Below, piece by piece: positions 14,666 to 28,835 of a DNA stretch of 64,000 bases. A program made the position numbers and the translations under genes. Every line of letters begins with the position of its first letter. Position 1 is the stretch's first letter. Below the pieces are notes generated by a model. The model was not told where the DNA came from. It saw nothing but the letters and a program-made list of their open reading frames with translations, and searched no databases. The DNA comes from Eledone cirrhosa (Eukaryota), in NCBI GenBank assembly GCA_964016885.1, contig OZ024749.1, positions 51,150,001 to 51,214,000 of the forward strand. Reading direction: 5' to 3'.

Positions 14666-17600
14666 GATTAATTGACAGACAGATTGAGAGAGAGACAGAA
14701 TCTAGCATTGGTTGAGAGAGAGACTTTAACGCTGATTGACAGACAGATTGAGAGAGAGACAGAATCTAGCATTGGTTGAGAGAGAGACTTTAACACTGAT
14801 TGACAGACAGATTCAGAGAGAGACAGAATCTAGCATTGGTTGAGAGAGAGACTTTAACGCTGATTGACAGACAGATTGAGAGAGAGAGACAGAATCTAGC
14901 ATTGGTTGAGAGAGAGACTTTAACGCTGATTGACAGACAGATTGAGAGAGAGACAGAATCTAGCATTGGTTGAGAGAGAGACTTTAACGCTGATTGACAG
15001 ACAGATTGAGAGAGAGACAGAATCTAGCATTGGTTGAGAGAGAGACTTTAACGCTGATTGACAGACAGATTGCGAGAGAGACATAATCTAGCATTGGTTG
15101 AGAGAGAGACTTTAACGCTGATTGACAGACACATTGAGAGAGAGACAGAATCTAGCATTGATTGAGAGAGAGACTTTAACACTGATTGACAGACAGATTG
15201 AGAGAGACAGAATCTAGCATTGGTTGAGAGAGAGACTTTAACACTGATTGACAGACAGATTGAGAGAGAGAGAGACAGAATCTAGCATTGGTTGAGAGAG
15301 AGACTTTAACACTGATTGACAGACAGATTGAGAGAGAGAGAGAGACAGAATCTAGCATTGGTTGAGAGAGAGACTTTAACGCTGATTGACAGACAGATTG
15401 AGAGAGAGAGACAGAATCTAGCATTGGTTGAGAGAGACACTTTAACACTGATTGACAGACAGATTGAGAGAGAGAGACAGAATCTAGCATTGGTTGAGAG
15501 AGAGACTTTAACACTGATTGACAGACAGATTGAAAGAGAGAGACAGAATCTAGCATGGTTGAGAGAGAGACTTTAACACTGACTGACAGACATATTGAGA
15601 GAGGGACATAATCTAGCATTGGTTGAGAGAGAGAATTTAACACTGATTGACAGACAGATTGAGAGAGGGACAGAATCTAGCATTGGTTGAGAGAGAGACT
15701 TTAACACTGATTGACAGACAGATTGAGAGAGAGACAGAATCTAGCATTGGTTGAGAGAGAGAATTTAATACTGATTGACAAACAGATTGAGAGAGAGAGA
15801 CAGAATCTAGCATTGGTTGAGAGAGAGACTTTAACACTGATTGAGAGACAGATTGAGAGAGAGAGACAGAATCTAGCATTGGTTGAGAGAGAGACTTTAA
15901 CACTGATTGACAGACAGTTTGAGAGAGAGAGAGATAGAATCTAGCATTGGTTGACAGAGAGACTTTAACACTGATTGACAGACAGATTGAGAGAGAGAGA
16001 CATAATCTAGCATTGGTTGAGAGAGAGACTTTAACACTGATTGGCAGACAGATTGAGAGAGGGACAGAATCTAGCATTGCTTGAGAGAGAGACTTTAACA
16101 GTGACTGATTGACAGATTGAGAGAGAGACAGAATCTAGCATTGGTTGAGAGAGAGACTTTAACACTGATTGACAGACAGATTGAGAGAGAGAGACAGAAT
16201 CTAGCATTGGTTGAGAGAGAGACTTTAACACTGATTGACAGACAGATTGAGAGAGGGACAGAATCTAGCATTGGTTGAGAGAGAGACTTTAACACTGATT
16301 GACAGACAGATTGAGAGAGGGACAGAATCTAGCATTGGTTGAGAGAGAGACTTTAACGCTGATTGACAGACAGATTGAGAGAGAGACAGAATCTAGCATG
16401 GTTGAGAGAGAGACTTTAACACTGATTGACAGACAGATTGAGAGAGAGAGACAGAACCTAGCATTGGTTGAGAGAGAGACTTTAACACTGATTGACTGAC
16501 AGATTGAGAGAGGGACAGAATGTAGCATTGGTTGAGAGAGAGACTTTAACGCTGATTGACAGACAGATTGAGAGAGAGACAGAATCTAGCATGGTTGAGA
16601 GAGAGACTTTAACACTGATTGACAGACAGATTGAGAGAGAGAGACAGAATCTAGCATTGGTTGAGAGAGAGACTTTAACACTGATTGACAGACAGATTGA
16701 GAGAGACAGAATCTAGCATTGCTTGAGAGAGAGACTTTAACAGTGACTGACAGACAGATTGAGAGAGAGAGACAGAACCTAGCATTGGTTGAGAGAGAGA
16801 CTTTAACACTGATTGACAGACAGATTGAGAGAGAGACAGAATCTAGCATTGGTTGAGAGAGAGACTTTAACAGTGATTGACAGACAGATTGAGAGAGAGA
16901 GACAGAATCTAGCATTGGTTGAGAGAGAGAATTTAACACTGATTGACAGACAGATTGAGAGAGAGACAGAATCTAGCATTGGTTGAGAGAGAGACTTTAA
17001 CACTGATTGACAGACAGATTGAGAGAGAGAGACAGAATCTAGCATTGGTTGAGAGAGAGAATTTAACACTGATTGACAGACAGATTGAGAGAGAGAGACA
17101 GAATCTAGCATTGGTTGAGAGAGAGACTTTAACACTGATTGACAGACAGATTGAGAGAGAGACAGAATCTAGCATTGGTTGAGAGAGAGACTTTAACAGT
17201 GACTGACAGACAGATTGAGAGAGAGACAGAATCTAGCATTGGTTGAGAGAGAGAATTTAACAGTGACTGACAGACAGATTGAGAGAGAGAGACAGAATCT
17301 AGCATTGGTTGAGAGAGAGACTTTAACACTGATTGACAGACAGATTGAGAGAGAGAGACAGAATCTAGCATTGGTTGAGAGAGAGACTTTAACACTGATT
17401 GACAGACAGATTGAGAGAGAGAGACAGAATCTAGCATTGGTTGAGAGAGAGGCTTTAACACTGATTGACAGACAGATTGAGAGAGAGACAGAATCTAGCA
17501 TTGGTTGAGAGAGAGAGACTTTAACAGTGACTGACAGACAGATTGAGAGAGAGAGACAGAATCTAGCATTGGTTGAGAGAGAGAATTTAACACTGATTGA

Positions 17601-20271
17601 CAAACAGATTGAGAGAGAGAGACAGAATCTAGCATTGGTTGAGAGATTGACTTTAACACTGATTGACAGACAGATTGAGAGAGAGAGACAGAACCTAGCA
17701 TTGGTTGAGAGAGAGACTTTAACACTGATTGACAGACAGATTGAGAGAGAGAGACAGAATCTAGCATTGGTTGAGAGAGACTTTAACACTGATTGACAGA
17801 CAGATTGAGAGAGAGAGACAGAATCTAGCATTGGTTGAGAGAGAGACTTTAACACTGACTGACAGACAGATTGAGAGAGAGAGAAAGAATCTAGCATTGG
17901 TTGAGAGAGAGAATTTAACACTGATTGACAGACAGATTGAGAGAGAGACAGAATCTAGCATTGGTTGAGAGAGAGACTTTAACACTGATTGACAGACAGA
18001 TTGAGAGAGAGAGACAGAATCTAGCATTGGTTGAGAGAGAGAATTTAACACTGATTGACAGACAGATTGAGAGAGAGAGACAGAATCTAGCATTGGTTGA
18101 GAGAGAGACTTTAACACTGATTGACAGACAGATTGAGAGAGAGACAGAATCTAGCATTGGTTGAGAGAGAGACTTTAACAGTGACTGACAGACAGATTGA
18201 GAGAGAGACAGAATCTAGCATTGGTTGAGAGAGAGAATTTAACAGTGACTGACAGACAGATTGAGAGAGAGAGACAGAATCTAGCATTGGTTGAGAGAGA
18301 GACTTTAACACTGATTGACAGACAGATTGAGAGAGAGAGAAAGAATCTAGCATTGGTTGAGAGAGAGATTTTAACACTGATTGACAGACAGATTGAGAGA
18401 GAGAGAAAGAATCTAGCATTGGTTGAGAGAGAGACTTTAACACTGATTGACAGACAGATTGAGAGAGAGAGACAGAATCTAGCATTGGTTGAGAGAGAGA
18501 CTTTAACACTGACTGACAGACAGATTGAGAGAGAGAGACAGAACCTAGCATTGGTTGAGAGAGAGACTTTAACACTGATTAACAGACAGATTGAGAGAGA
18601 GAGACAGAATCTAGCATTGGTTGAGAGATTGACTTTAACACTGATTGACAGACAGATTGAGAGAGAGAGACAGAACCTAGCATTGGTTGAGAGAGAGACT
18701 TTAACACTGATTGACAGACAGATTGAGAGAGAGAGACAGAATCTAGCATTGGTTGAGAGAGACTTTAACACTGATTGACAGACAGATTGAGAGAGAGAGA
18801 CAGAATCTAGCATTGGTTGAGAGAGAGACTTTAACACTGACTGACAGACAGATTGAGAGAGAGAGAAAGAATCTAGCATTGGTTGAGAGATTGACTTTAA
18901 CGCTGATTGACAGACAGATTGAGAGAGAGACAGAATCTAGCATAGGTTGAGAGAGAGACTTTAACACTGATTGACAGACAGATTGAGAGAGAGAGACAGA
19001 ATCTAGCATTGGTTGAGAGAGACTTTAACACTGATTGACAGACAGATGGAGAGAGAGACAGAATCTAGCATTGGTTGAGAGAGAGACTTTAACACTGATT
19101 GACAAACAGATTGAGAGAGAGACAGAATCTAGCATTGGTTGAGAGAGAGAATTTAACACTGATTGACAGACAGATTGAGAGAGAGAGACAGAATCTAGCA
19201 TTGGTTGACAGAGAGACTTTAACACTGATTGACAGACAGATGGAGAGAGAGACACAGAATCTAGCATTGGTTGACAGAGAGAATTTAACACTGATTGACA
19301 GACAGATTGAGAGAGAGAGAGACAGAATCTAGCATTGGTTGAGAGAGAGAATTTAACACTGATTGACAGACAGATTGAGAGAGAGAGACAGAATCTAGCA
19401 TTGGTTGACAGAGAGACTTTAACACTGATTGACAGACAGATTGAGAGAGAGAGAGACAGAATCTAGCATTGGTTGAGAGAGAGAATTTAACACTGATTGA
19501 CAGACAGATTGAGAGAGAGAGACAGAATCTAGCATTGGTTGACAGAGAGACTTTAACACTGATTGACAGACAGATTGAGAGAGAGAGAGACAGAATCTAG
19601 CATTGGTTGAGAGAGAGAATTTAACACTGATTGACAGACAGATTGAGAGAGAGAGACAGAATCTAGCATTGGTTGAGAGAGAGACTTTAACACTGATTGA
19701 CAGACAGATTGAGAGAGAGAGACAGAATCTAGCATTGGTTGAGAGAGAGACTTTAACACTGATTGACAGACGGATTGACAGAGAGAGACAGAATCTAGCA
19801 TTGGCTGAGAGAGAGACTTTAACACTGACTGACAGACAGATTGAGAGAGAGACAGAATCTAGCATTGGTTGAGAGAGAGACTTTAACACTGATTGACAGA
19901 CAGATTGAGAGAGAGAGACAGAATCTAGCATTGGTTGAGAGAGAGACTTTAACACTGATTGACAGACAGATTGAGAGAGAGACAGAATCTAGCATTGGTT
20001 GAGAGAGAGACTTTAACACTGATTGACAGACAGATTGAGAGAGAGACAGAATCTAGCATTGGTTGAGAGAGAGACTTTAACACTGATTGACAGACAGATT
20101 GAGAGAGGGACAGAATCTAGCATTGGTTGAGAGAGAGACTTTAACACTGATTGACAGACAGATTGAGAGAGAGACAGAATCTAGCATTGGTTGAGAGAGA
20201 GACTTTAACACTGATTGACAGACAGATTGAGAGAGAGGGACAGAATCTAGCATTGGTTGAGAGAGAGACTT
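14666..20271. repeat. Tandem satellite of 64-66 bp units, about 85 copies
   Basis: Unit ctgattgacagacagatt(ga)n cagaatctagcattggtt(ga)n ctttaaca; length variation confined mostly to the GA tracts. Confidence 0.97.
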
Positions 20272-20614
20272 ATTCAGAGACTGAAATCAAAGGTAGAAAA
20301 TCATTATTGTAATTAATCCCAGAATATTAATAGAGTATGATTTGGAATTAGGGTCTTTTGAGAGGTTTATTTCTAATGCTAGCAAAGAAGGATCACTTAA
20401 TTTCAGGTTTTGTTTTTAATGTAATGCTGTATATATTATATATCTATATATAAGGGTTCGCTAAATGTTTTATACGCTGACTATGAAGGCGTGATACTAG
20501 AGCAGTGAAATTTTGCATTGTTTCTTTCCAGGGACTACAGTCTTTAAAGTGGATGTTGATAGGAAGGGCATCCAACCATAAAACACTCGCTAAACGTAGA
20601 TTTGGGAGGACTCA

Positions 20615-20645
20615 CATATATACATATACACACACACACACACGC

Positions 20646-20679
<34 letters not shown>

Positions 20680-21175
20680 ATATATATGCATATATACGTA
20701 CAAACATACACACACACATATATATTCACATATATGTATATACGTGTACACACATAAACATATATATATATATATATAGGTATATACATGTACACACATA
20801 AATATATATATATATAGGTATATACATGTACACACATAAACATATATATATATAGGCATATATATGTACACACATAAACATATATATATAGGCATATATA
20901 TGTACACACAAACATATATATATAGACATATACACATATACACATATACATATATATGCAATTACATGTACACACATATACATATATATATATATGCACA
21001 TATATTCATATATATACGCATATACACATACACATATATATGCATATACACGTACATGCATATACATATATATGCACATATATTCATATATATATATATA
21101 TGCGTGTATATACATATATATATATATGCACATATACACATATAAATACGCATATATATATTTATATATATATGG
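20615..21175. repeat. (TA)/(CA) compound microsatellite
   Basis: Direct reading. Confidence 0.9.
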
Positions 21176-21588
21176 GGGAGAGGAAAGTGGCAGCATGCTA
21201 CTTGTCCGTCTTTGGGTAAAAAACAAACACAAACCTTTTCCTCTCTGTCTTTTCTCTGCTTGTTTCTGTAAAGTGTACCATCAGTCCGTTGGTATACCTC
21301 TATTACACAATTTACACCTGATGAGGTCACTGGGTTATTATGCAACCTGGCCACTGAAATGTGCACAGTGTTTGCAGAAATAAAAAATTAAGGAAATTAA
21401 ACATATTTGGCCTTCTGTCATTTCACTTTATAATATATATCATCATTATCATCATATATACATATATATACATGTATATATATATATATATATATAACGG
21501 CGATGAATTACCAACCAAACAGTGAGTGTGTTCTGTTATTAATTCTGGCAATATTATTACACAAATATGACCCTCCCCAAGTATAACA

Positions 21589-21621
<33 letters not shown>

Positions 21622-21684
21622 AATATATATTTATTTATATATAAATATATATTTATTTATATATATATAAATATATATTTATAT

Positions 21685-24590
21685 CAGATGAGCATTCTAG
21701 TCAGATAGATTTTATCCTGATCAGAGGATGTGACAGATGGACAGTCGTAAACACAAAAGCCTTCCTTAGTGAGGAATGTACCTCCCAACATAACTTAGTT
21801 GTCAGCAACCTCACGAACCTGGAAACAGAAGCCAACCTGGAGAAGAAAGATCTGGAAACTGAAAGACCCCTCAGCCAGTAACAGATTTAAAGATATTTTA
21901 CTTGACGCCTATGACAGTAAAGAAGAACAGATAGAGACATTCAATGTAGAAGAGCACTGGGAGTTCCTAAAAAATAACTTACTAAAAGCGACGGATGAAA
22001 TCTGTGGCTGGAGTAAGACTACAGGCAGGAGGAGAGTGACTTGGTGGTGGAACAATAAGGTAGATGAGGCAGTTAAGGCCAAGAGACAGGCATGGAAAGA
22101 ATGGAAGAATGGGGGAAGCAGGGTACATTACATTGAGACCAGGAGGGAAGCTAGGCGACAAGTATACTTAGATAGAAGGGAAGCAGAGGCTAGAAAATTC
22201 AAGCATGTTTTGCAACGTGAGGACCAGAAACAGGAGGTGTTCAAGATTGCGAGGCAGTGTATCAGAGAGAATTGTGATGTCATTAGAGAGAAGTATATCC
22301 GGAATGATAAAGAGGAGCTTGCTCTCACAAGTGCTGAGAAGAAAGATGCGGTGAATTGGCAGTATCGGTAGAGGGTTGGACGCCATGCTTTCTAGCATAG
22401 TTACGTCCCTTTACAGTCTGAGTTCAAATCTCGCCGAGGTTAACTTTGCCTTTCATCCTTACGGGGTCGATAAAATAAAGTACCAGTAATGTACTGGGTA
22501 ATTGCTGGCCTTGTGCCTAAAGTAGAAACAATTATGATAGATTACTAAATGAGGAGAATGCATGGGAAAAAGAGACCCTACTCCAAGTAGACCCTATAGA
22601 GGGGCCAGCAGTACAAGTCAGCAGCAGTGTAGTAAGTAAGGCAATCAAAGATATGAAGACGGGGAAGGCAACCGGTCCATCGGGTATAGCTGCCGAGATG
22701 CTGAAGGCATCTGGGTCGGTAGGTGACACCATAACCACATTTATTGTTAACCAGGTAATACTAGGTGTCATACCAAAGGATTGGTGCAGCAGCATCATTG
22801 TCAACTGCTACAAAGATAAAGGTGATACACTAGATAGAGGAAACTATAGAGGTATAAATTTGATGGACCAGGTCTTGAAAGTAACAGAAAGAGTTATAGC
22901 ACAGTTGATTAGGGACCGAGTGAAACTAGATGAGATGCTATTTGGGTTTGTGCCAGGAAGAGGCACCACTGATGCCCTCTTCCTTGTGAGGCAGTTACAG
23001 GAAAAGTACCTAGGAAAAGTACCTAGCTAAAAATAAGCCGCTCTACCTGGCATTCGTCGAGAAAGCCTTTGACAGAGTTCCCCGTGCTATAATCTGGTGG
23101 GATCTTAGTAAACTAGGAGTATATGAATGGCTTGTGAAAGCTGTACAAGCCATGTAGAGGGAGCAGTCAGCAAAGTTAGGATTAGCAATGACTATAGCGA
23201 GGAATTTAGCATACAGGTTGGTGTCCACCAGGCCTCTGTTCTTAGCTCTCTCCTGTTCATCATAGTTCTGCAGGCAATAACAGAGGAGTTTAAGACTAGA
23301 TGCCCATGGGAAATCCTGTATGCAGATGACCTTGCACTTATAGCTGAATCTATGGTAGAACTAGAGAAGAAATTCCAAACTTGGAAGCAGGGACTAGAAA
23401 GAAAGGGTCTCAAAGTCAACCTGACAAAGACTAAGGTCCTTGTAAGTAGATGATAAAACAAAACCCAGATCCCCTCAGGGAAATGGCCTTGCTCAGTATG
23501 TAGGAAAGGTGTAGGTAGGAACTCCATTCTCTGCCCCAAATGCAAACAATGGGTACGCAAGAGATGTAGCGGGATCGCAGGAAGCTTAACTAAGAATGTA
23601 GGTTTCACATGTAGCAGCTGTGCTGGGACAGCAAGCAGCAAACAGCCACAGGAAACAAGTACCACTAAACTCTGGGAGGGCTCTGTAGAAACAGTAGACA
23701 GCTTCTGCTACCTAGGTGACCGAATTAGCAGCGGAGGTGGGTGTTCGGAAAGTACAATAACTAGGGTAAGAACAGGATAGAAGTTCAGGGAGCTACTGCC
23801 ACTGCTAGCTGCAAAAGGCTTTTCCCTCAAAATGAAAGGCAGACTGTATGATGCATGTATACGAACAGCAATGGTACATGGTAGTGAGAACTGGGCGCTG
23901 TCTGTGTAAGACTTGTGTAGATTAGAAAGAAACGAAGCCTGCATGCTCCGATGGATGTGTAATAGTAATATACGCAAACGGCAAAGCATAAACAAATTGA
24001 GAGAGAGACTGAGAATAAGAGGAATCAAATGCTGTGTGCAGGAGAGGCAGTTGCGTTGGTATGGACATGTGATGCGTATGAAGGATGACAGCTGCACAAA
24101 AAGGTGCAGAGCACTAGAAGTCAATGGAAACCGTGGAGTGGGGAGACCCAAGAAGACCTGGGATGAGGTGATAAAAGCCAACCTTACCCAATTACACCCC
24201 TCAAAGGTGATGACACACAACTGTGACCTCTGGCGTCACGCAGTAATACAGAAGACCCGACCCCGCACGGGTACAAGCCGAAACTGAAGCATATAGACAA
24301 TATGCCCCCACACCCTCCCTCTGCAAAGTGGTCGTGGAGGTGCCACGACAAAAAAGCACCCAGCCCACTGTAAAGTGGACGTGTAGGCGCCACGGAAAAA
24401 AGCACCCAGCACTCACTGTAAATGAGGTTGGTGTTAGGAAGGGCATCCAACTGTAGAAATCAAGCCAGAATCAGTTCCCGTATGAGCAAGGCATGGTCAG
24501 CCGACTGGATACTGCCCACAACAAGACAACCCGTCTAACCCATGCTAGTGTGGAAGAACGGATGTAAAACAGTGATGATGATGATGATGC
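21685..24590 (+). mobile_element. Degenerate RTE-clade LINE: end of AP endonuclease, RT, Cys-rich finger and 3' UTR; interrupted by a SINE
   Basis: SQIDFIL, TWWWN, GKATGPSGIAAEMLKA, NYRGI, FGFVPGRGTTDA, GVHQ, LYADDLAL, CSVC...CPKC...C, LRWYGHVMR, GRPKKTW; stops and frameshifts; ends in (gat)n. Confidence 0.9.
22351..22533 (+). mobile_element. Family A SINE nested in the RTE ORF
   Basis: Full SINE between RTE codons ...KKDA and YDRLLNEENAW. Confidence 0.85.
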
Positions 24591-24636
24591 ACATATATAC
24601 ATACATATATATATATGCATATATATATTTATATAT

Positions 24637-24680
<44 letters not shown>

Positions 24681-24937
24681 GCACACGCATACTTGCACCC
24701 ACACATAAATACTGAAAAAATTCAAATATTTTTTTTTTTTTTCTCTTTTGAAATTGAATATCTAAATTATTTCCATACTAAAGTATTTAAGCAAAGGATA
24801 AATATGATCATTTATGGATATAAAAATATACTTGTAACTTATAATGTGGTTATGCTGTAAAAGATTTGAATATATTAACATTATATAAGCATTAAATGAG
24901 AAATTTCATATCCGTTTCCACTTTTATTGAGAGCAGT

Positions 24938-26360
24938 TTATAATTCTAATGTTCCATTCTGTTTCATTTGAAGTACTTCTAATTCCCCTTCAAATGTTGT
25001 TTCTTTTTTTATTGGGAAACGGTTCAATGAAAAATATTTTGTGATTTTTGAATTTGAGTCTGAAACTTTTGTGTTATCCATAATAAAGTCTTTTAAATTT
25101 TTCCCTATACGGGAATTTTTCAAACTAGTTCGATATTTATGATTTTCAACAGGTATTAGTAGTTGGAGTCTTTTTTTAATAATATTTACCAACACATTTT
25201 GCTCAGCTAATTTTGAATTTATGGTTACTGTTGTAGGTTTGTTTTGTAGAGAAGCTGTTTCTTTGGGTATGCCTGCATGCAACATCCTTTCAGCCACAAA
25301 CCGACCAACTTGTCTATATTTTACAAAGTAATTTTGTGGCATAAAGCTTGTTTTTACTGAATTCCTAAATTTATCTTTATCATGGTTTTTAATGGTGGTA
25401 ATATTTGAACTCTTACTGTCATTGCCCAAATGTGAAATCTTCATTTTAGATTGGATCTGTTGACTGTTTTTAAAATCAACTAATACAGATAAAAGTTTAA
25501 GTTTATTAGAAATGTTCTCATTTATATGTTTACATTTTTTGCTCCTTCCCAAATTATGTAGTGTGTATTTACAACTTGTAAAATTAGTTAACCGTGGATA
25601 AGTCTTAGTAATATCCTTACTAAAACTATGTAAGTGGATAGGTTTGGGATGAGGTGGAATGTTTCCTTCTGCCAGATTGTGTTTAGATGATCCCCACAGA
25701 AAAAATCGCTTTCTCACATAACCACTATTGTTAAGATTTTGAGGAGATTTGATGAAGTTATTGTTTAATTTTAAACTTACATATAGATTTCTAAAATTCC
25801 TTTGTAAGTGAGGAACTAATAGATGACTAGATTTATTGTTTATAATATGTCTATCATTATCGATTTTCTTGATTGATTTTGGATTGTGTTTCATTTTTAA
25901 TTCTGGAAAAGTCAGATTTACTGATACTGCAAATAAATTTTCCCTTTTGATAATTAATTTTACTTCTTCTAGGGTAAGTTTTCTTGTAGAAGAAGAGTTA
26001 GATTTTCTGGCCTTTATATATCCATGAAGAATTAAACCCCATTTAATCAAGATTCCATTATTTTCATTGTCCTGTTTGTCAAAGATTTGTAATGTCCAGG
26101 TACCATTTGGATCTTCCCCCCAATGGAGAACACTGAGGAAATTAAAATCGATACCATCTTTGGAACAATCAAGTCTTCTTGGAGAAAGCATTTTAGACTT
26201 TGTGCCACAAGGAGAGACAAGAAATATTTGAAGCTCCCCGCGACAAGAATGTTTGAGTTTTATATACAACTGAACATGTTCTAAGAAGTTCATTTTTAAT
26301 GAGCCATCATATTCATTGGTGGAAATTTTCATATAAATTGGTTCCATATATGATATTTTT
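24938..26360 (-). CDS. Proprotein convertase terminal exon: P-domain and long K/N-rich C-terminal tail
   Basis: Acceptor tttcag at 26361; LEHVQL, CRGELQIFLVSPCGTKS, FLSVLHWGEDPNGTWTL, WGLILHG; stop TAA at 24938-24940. Confidence 0.92.
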
Positions 26361-26568
26361 CTGAAAGGAAAATATTTATATTATTTAATCATTGTAAAAT
26401 ATAAAATATTTTCAGCATTGATATAATTTTACATGACAGAAAGCTTGAAGGAATATTACATTAGATGAAATAGATGACCAGGGACAGATTAATACATTAG
26501 TTGAAATACATGACCAAGGGATGAACTAGTACATTATCCACTGGTCATCTATTTCCAATAGACTAGTA

Positions 26569-26758
26569 CAGTTTTTCCAACCTATGGTCACATGGCTAAA
26601 ATGGGCCATGGCAAATTTCAGGTGGGCCACAGAAATTTTATAATTTTATCTTTATTGGATATACTCTATGTAAAATGGAAGTCATTTTTTACACTATAAT
26701 AATTTCATGAGTTGGGTTCAAAGTGGGCCATGAGCTTAAAAAAGGTTGGGAACCACTG
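26569..26758. mobile_element. hAT (Charlie-like) MITE inserted in a ~35-bp degenerate minisatellite (26430-26930)
   Basis: Termini cagtttttccaacct...aggttgggaaccactg; flanks gactagta / aaccagta (6/8). Confidence 0.65.
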
Positions 26759-27177
26759 AACCAGTAAATTAGTTGAAATAGATGACCAGGAGTTGTCTAG
26801 TTCATTATTGGAAATAGATGACAGAACAGGACTATTACATTATTTGAATTACATGAAAGGGTGGGACTATTACATTAGTTGAATTACATGAAAGGGTGGG
26901 ACTATTACATTAGTTGAATTACATGACCAGGAAAATATTTCTAGGATTTGTGACAATATTTCATGTCTTCAAGGCAAGATCAATGGTTGTTTTACAAGAA
27001 TTTCTAAATTCTACCTTAATAATCTGTTGTTTGAAACATTTCTAAACAAAATTATCTTAAATAAAATTAGGATAGAATGTTTTAATATGTATATGACCAT
27101 CTTAAAATGATCAGTTTTGTATCATAAAACTAGGTGTGGTTTCAGGTTGTTTGCTATGAAAAAGGGTTAAGACTTAC

Positions 27178-27396
27178 CTTTTCATGACTCGACTGAAATG
27201 TGAATATTTAGTGGCTACAGGTACATTCTTCCAGCTTTGTGCAAGTTTTACCATGTGAGCACAGTCCATTATACCAAAACCAAAAGTATTGCTGAAGTGA
27301 ATACCAGCCCCATTCTGGAACCAAGAATTATCTACTGAAGGGATTCTAGCACCATGTACTACTATATGCTGGACATCCCGCCAAGTCAAAAATGGG
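27178..27396 (-). CDS. Proprotein convertase exon (end of catalytic domain)
   Basis: (N)PFLTWRDVQHIVV...WFQNGAG...FGFGIMD; AG/GT boundaries; phase 2-2. Confidence 0.95.
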
Positions 27397-27419
27397 CTGT
27401 AAAATAATAACAATGATAA

Positions 27420-27635
27420 TAATGGTTTCTGATTTAAGCACAAGGCCAGCAATTTTTTGTGGAAGGGGAAAGTCGATTAAATCGACCTCAGGGCATTACT
27501 AGTACTTTATTTTATTGGCCTCATAAAGATGAAAGGCAAAGCTAACTTCGGCAGGGTTTGAACTCACAACGTAAAGAGTCATAACTCTATACCTTGAATC
27601 ATGTTACCCGACCCTCTACTGATACTGCAAATCCA
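27420..27635 (-). mobile_element. Family A SINE whose tail lies next to the exon acceptor
   Basis: Reverse-complement SINE core; tail agaaaccattatta is about 20 nt from the AG at 27397. Confidence 0.8.
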
Positions 27636-28519
27636 CACCACAGGCAGTGTGGACTGAGTGCTTTTTATCATGGCACCAAAACAACCATCTAACAGGAACT
27701 AAATAGTAAACCAAGACCACTATAAATGTTTTAACCTTCCATGATTTACAGATGAATGTTTAACCATAGGTAGGTAGAGCATCCAGCCTTTAAAATCTTT
27801 ATACATTGCCCACAGCTACAAATATTTCAACATTTTTTCAAACAAACATGAAATTATATAACTTTATACCCACGTCACTTGTGAAAAGATATAGAGGGTT
27901 AAAATATTTCTCTTTTTAAATTTCAAAGAAAATAATGTACTTTTAAATACAGTTATTCCCATAATTTAGCAACTTATTAGAAACCCTACAGTGGCCTACT
28001 TAGAGAGTTTGGCATTGGATAAATTAGAAGTATTACTTGGACCTCTACATCATTCTATACTTTTAAATAAATTAATCACCATCTTGAATTAACTTGAACC
28101 TCTTCAGAATAATTTAATTTCAGAAAAGGAAACATATCAAGTTATGAAAAAAGAAAAAAATATGTTTAATTCTCATTTCAATCAAGAATGTCATAATTTC
28201 CTGTTCAGAAGAAGATAAGAATTTAATTGAACTTTCTAAAAAGAATTGCTTCTATATCCTTTTTATCAAACTGATAAGTGTCTGATATAATCATCCACAC
28301 TGACAGCTGAATCTTTATGTTCTACTCAAAAATAAATCAATTTATTTTAATGACAGTTTAAAATGCTATATTCTATATGTTCTCCCATGGTGAAATGGCT
28401 CCTCCATCATCAAACAGCATGTAGCTTGCCATCCTCACCTCTCATCCTACACCACCTTAGTCCCATCACTGCCTTTACAGTCAGGCCAAGGACACAGTGT
28501 GTACACTAGTGTTGTAGCC

Positions 28520-28835
28520 ACATTGAAAAGCACCTAGTCCACCCTGTAAAGTTTTAGTGCTGATACCATGACTAAAAAGCACCCTGTCCACCCTTTAAGG
28601 TGGTAGTGCTGGTACCACAACTAAAAAGTACTCAGTCCACCCTGTAAGGTGGTATTGCTGGTACCACAACTAAAAAGCACCCTGTCCACCCTTTAAGGTG
28701 GTAGTGCTGGTACCACAACTAAAAAGCACCCAGTTCACCCTGTAAGGTGGTATTGCTGGTTCTATGATGAAAAGCACCCCAGTACATTCAGTAAAGTTTT
28801 AGTCCTTGTGCTATGGCTAAAAAGCACCCAGTCCA
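28520..28835 (+). repeat. About 54-bp tandem repeat related to the RTE 3' UTR
   Basis: aaaagcaccc.gtccaccct.taaggtggtagtgctgg recurs about 6 times; similar to 24350-24425. Confidence 0.7.

Noticed and set aside
14666-20271. CRISPR-like regular array
   Set aside because: Units are head-to-tail with no unique spacers, there are no cas genes, and the context is eukaryotic.
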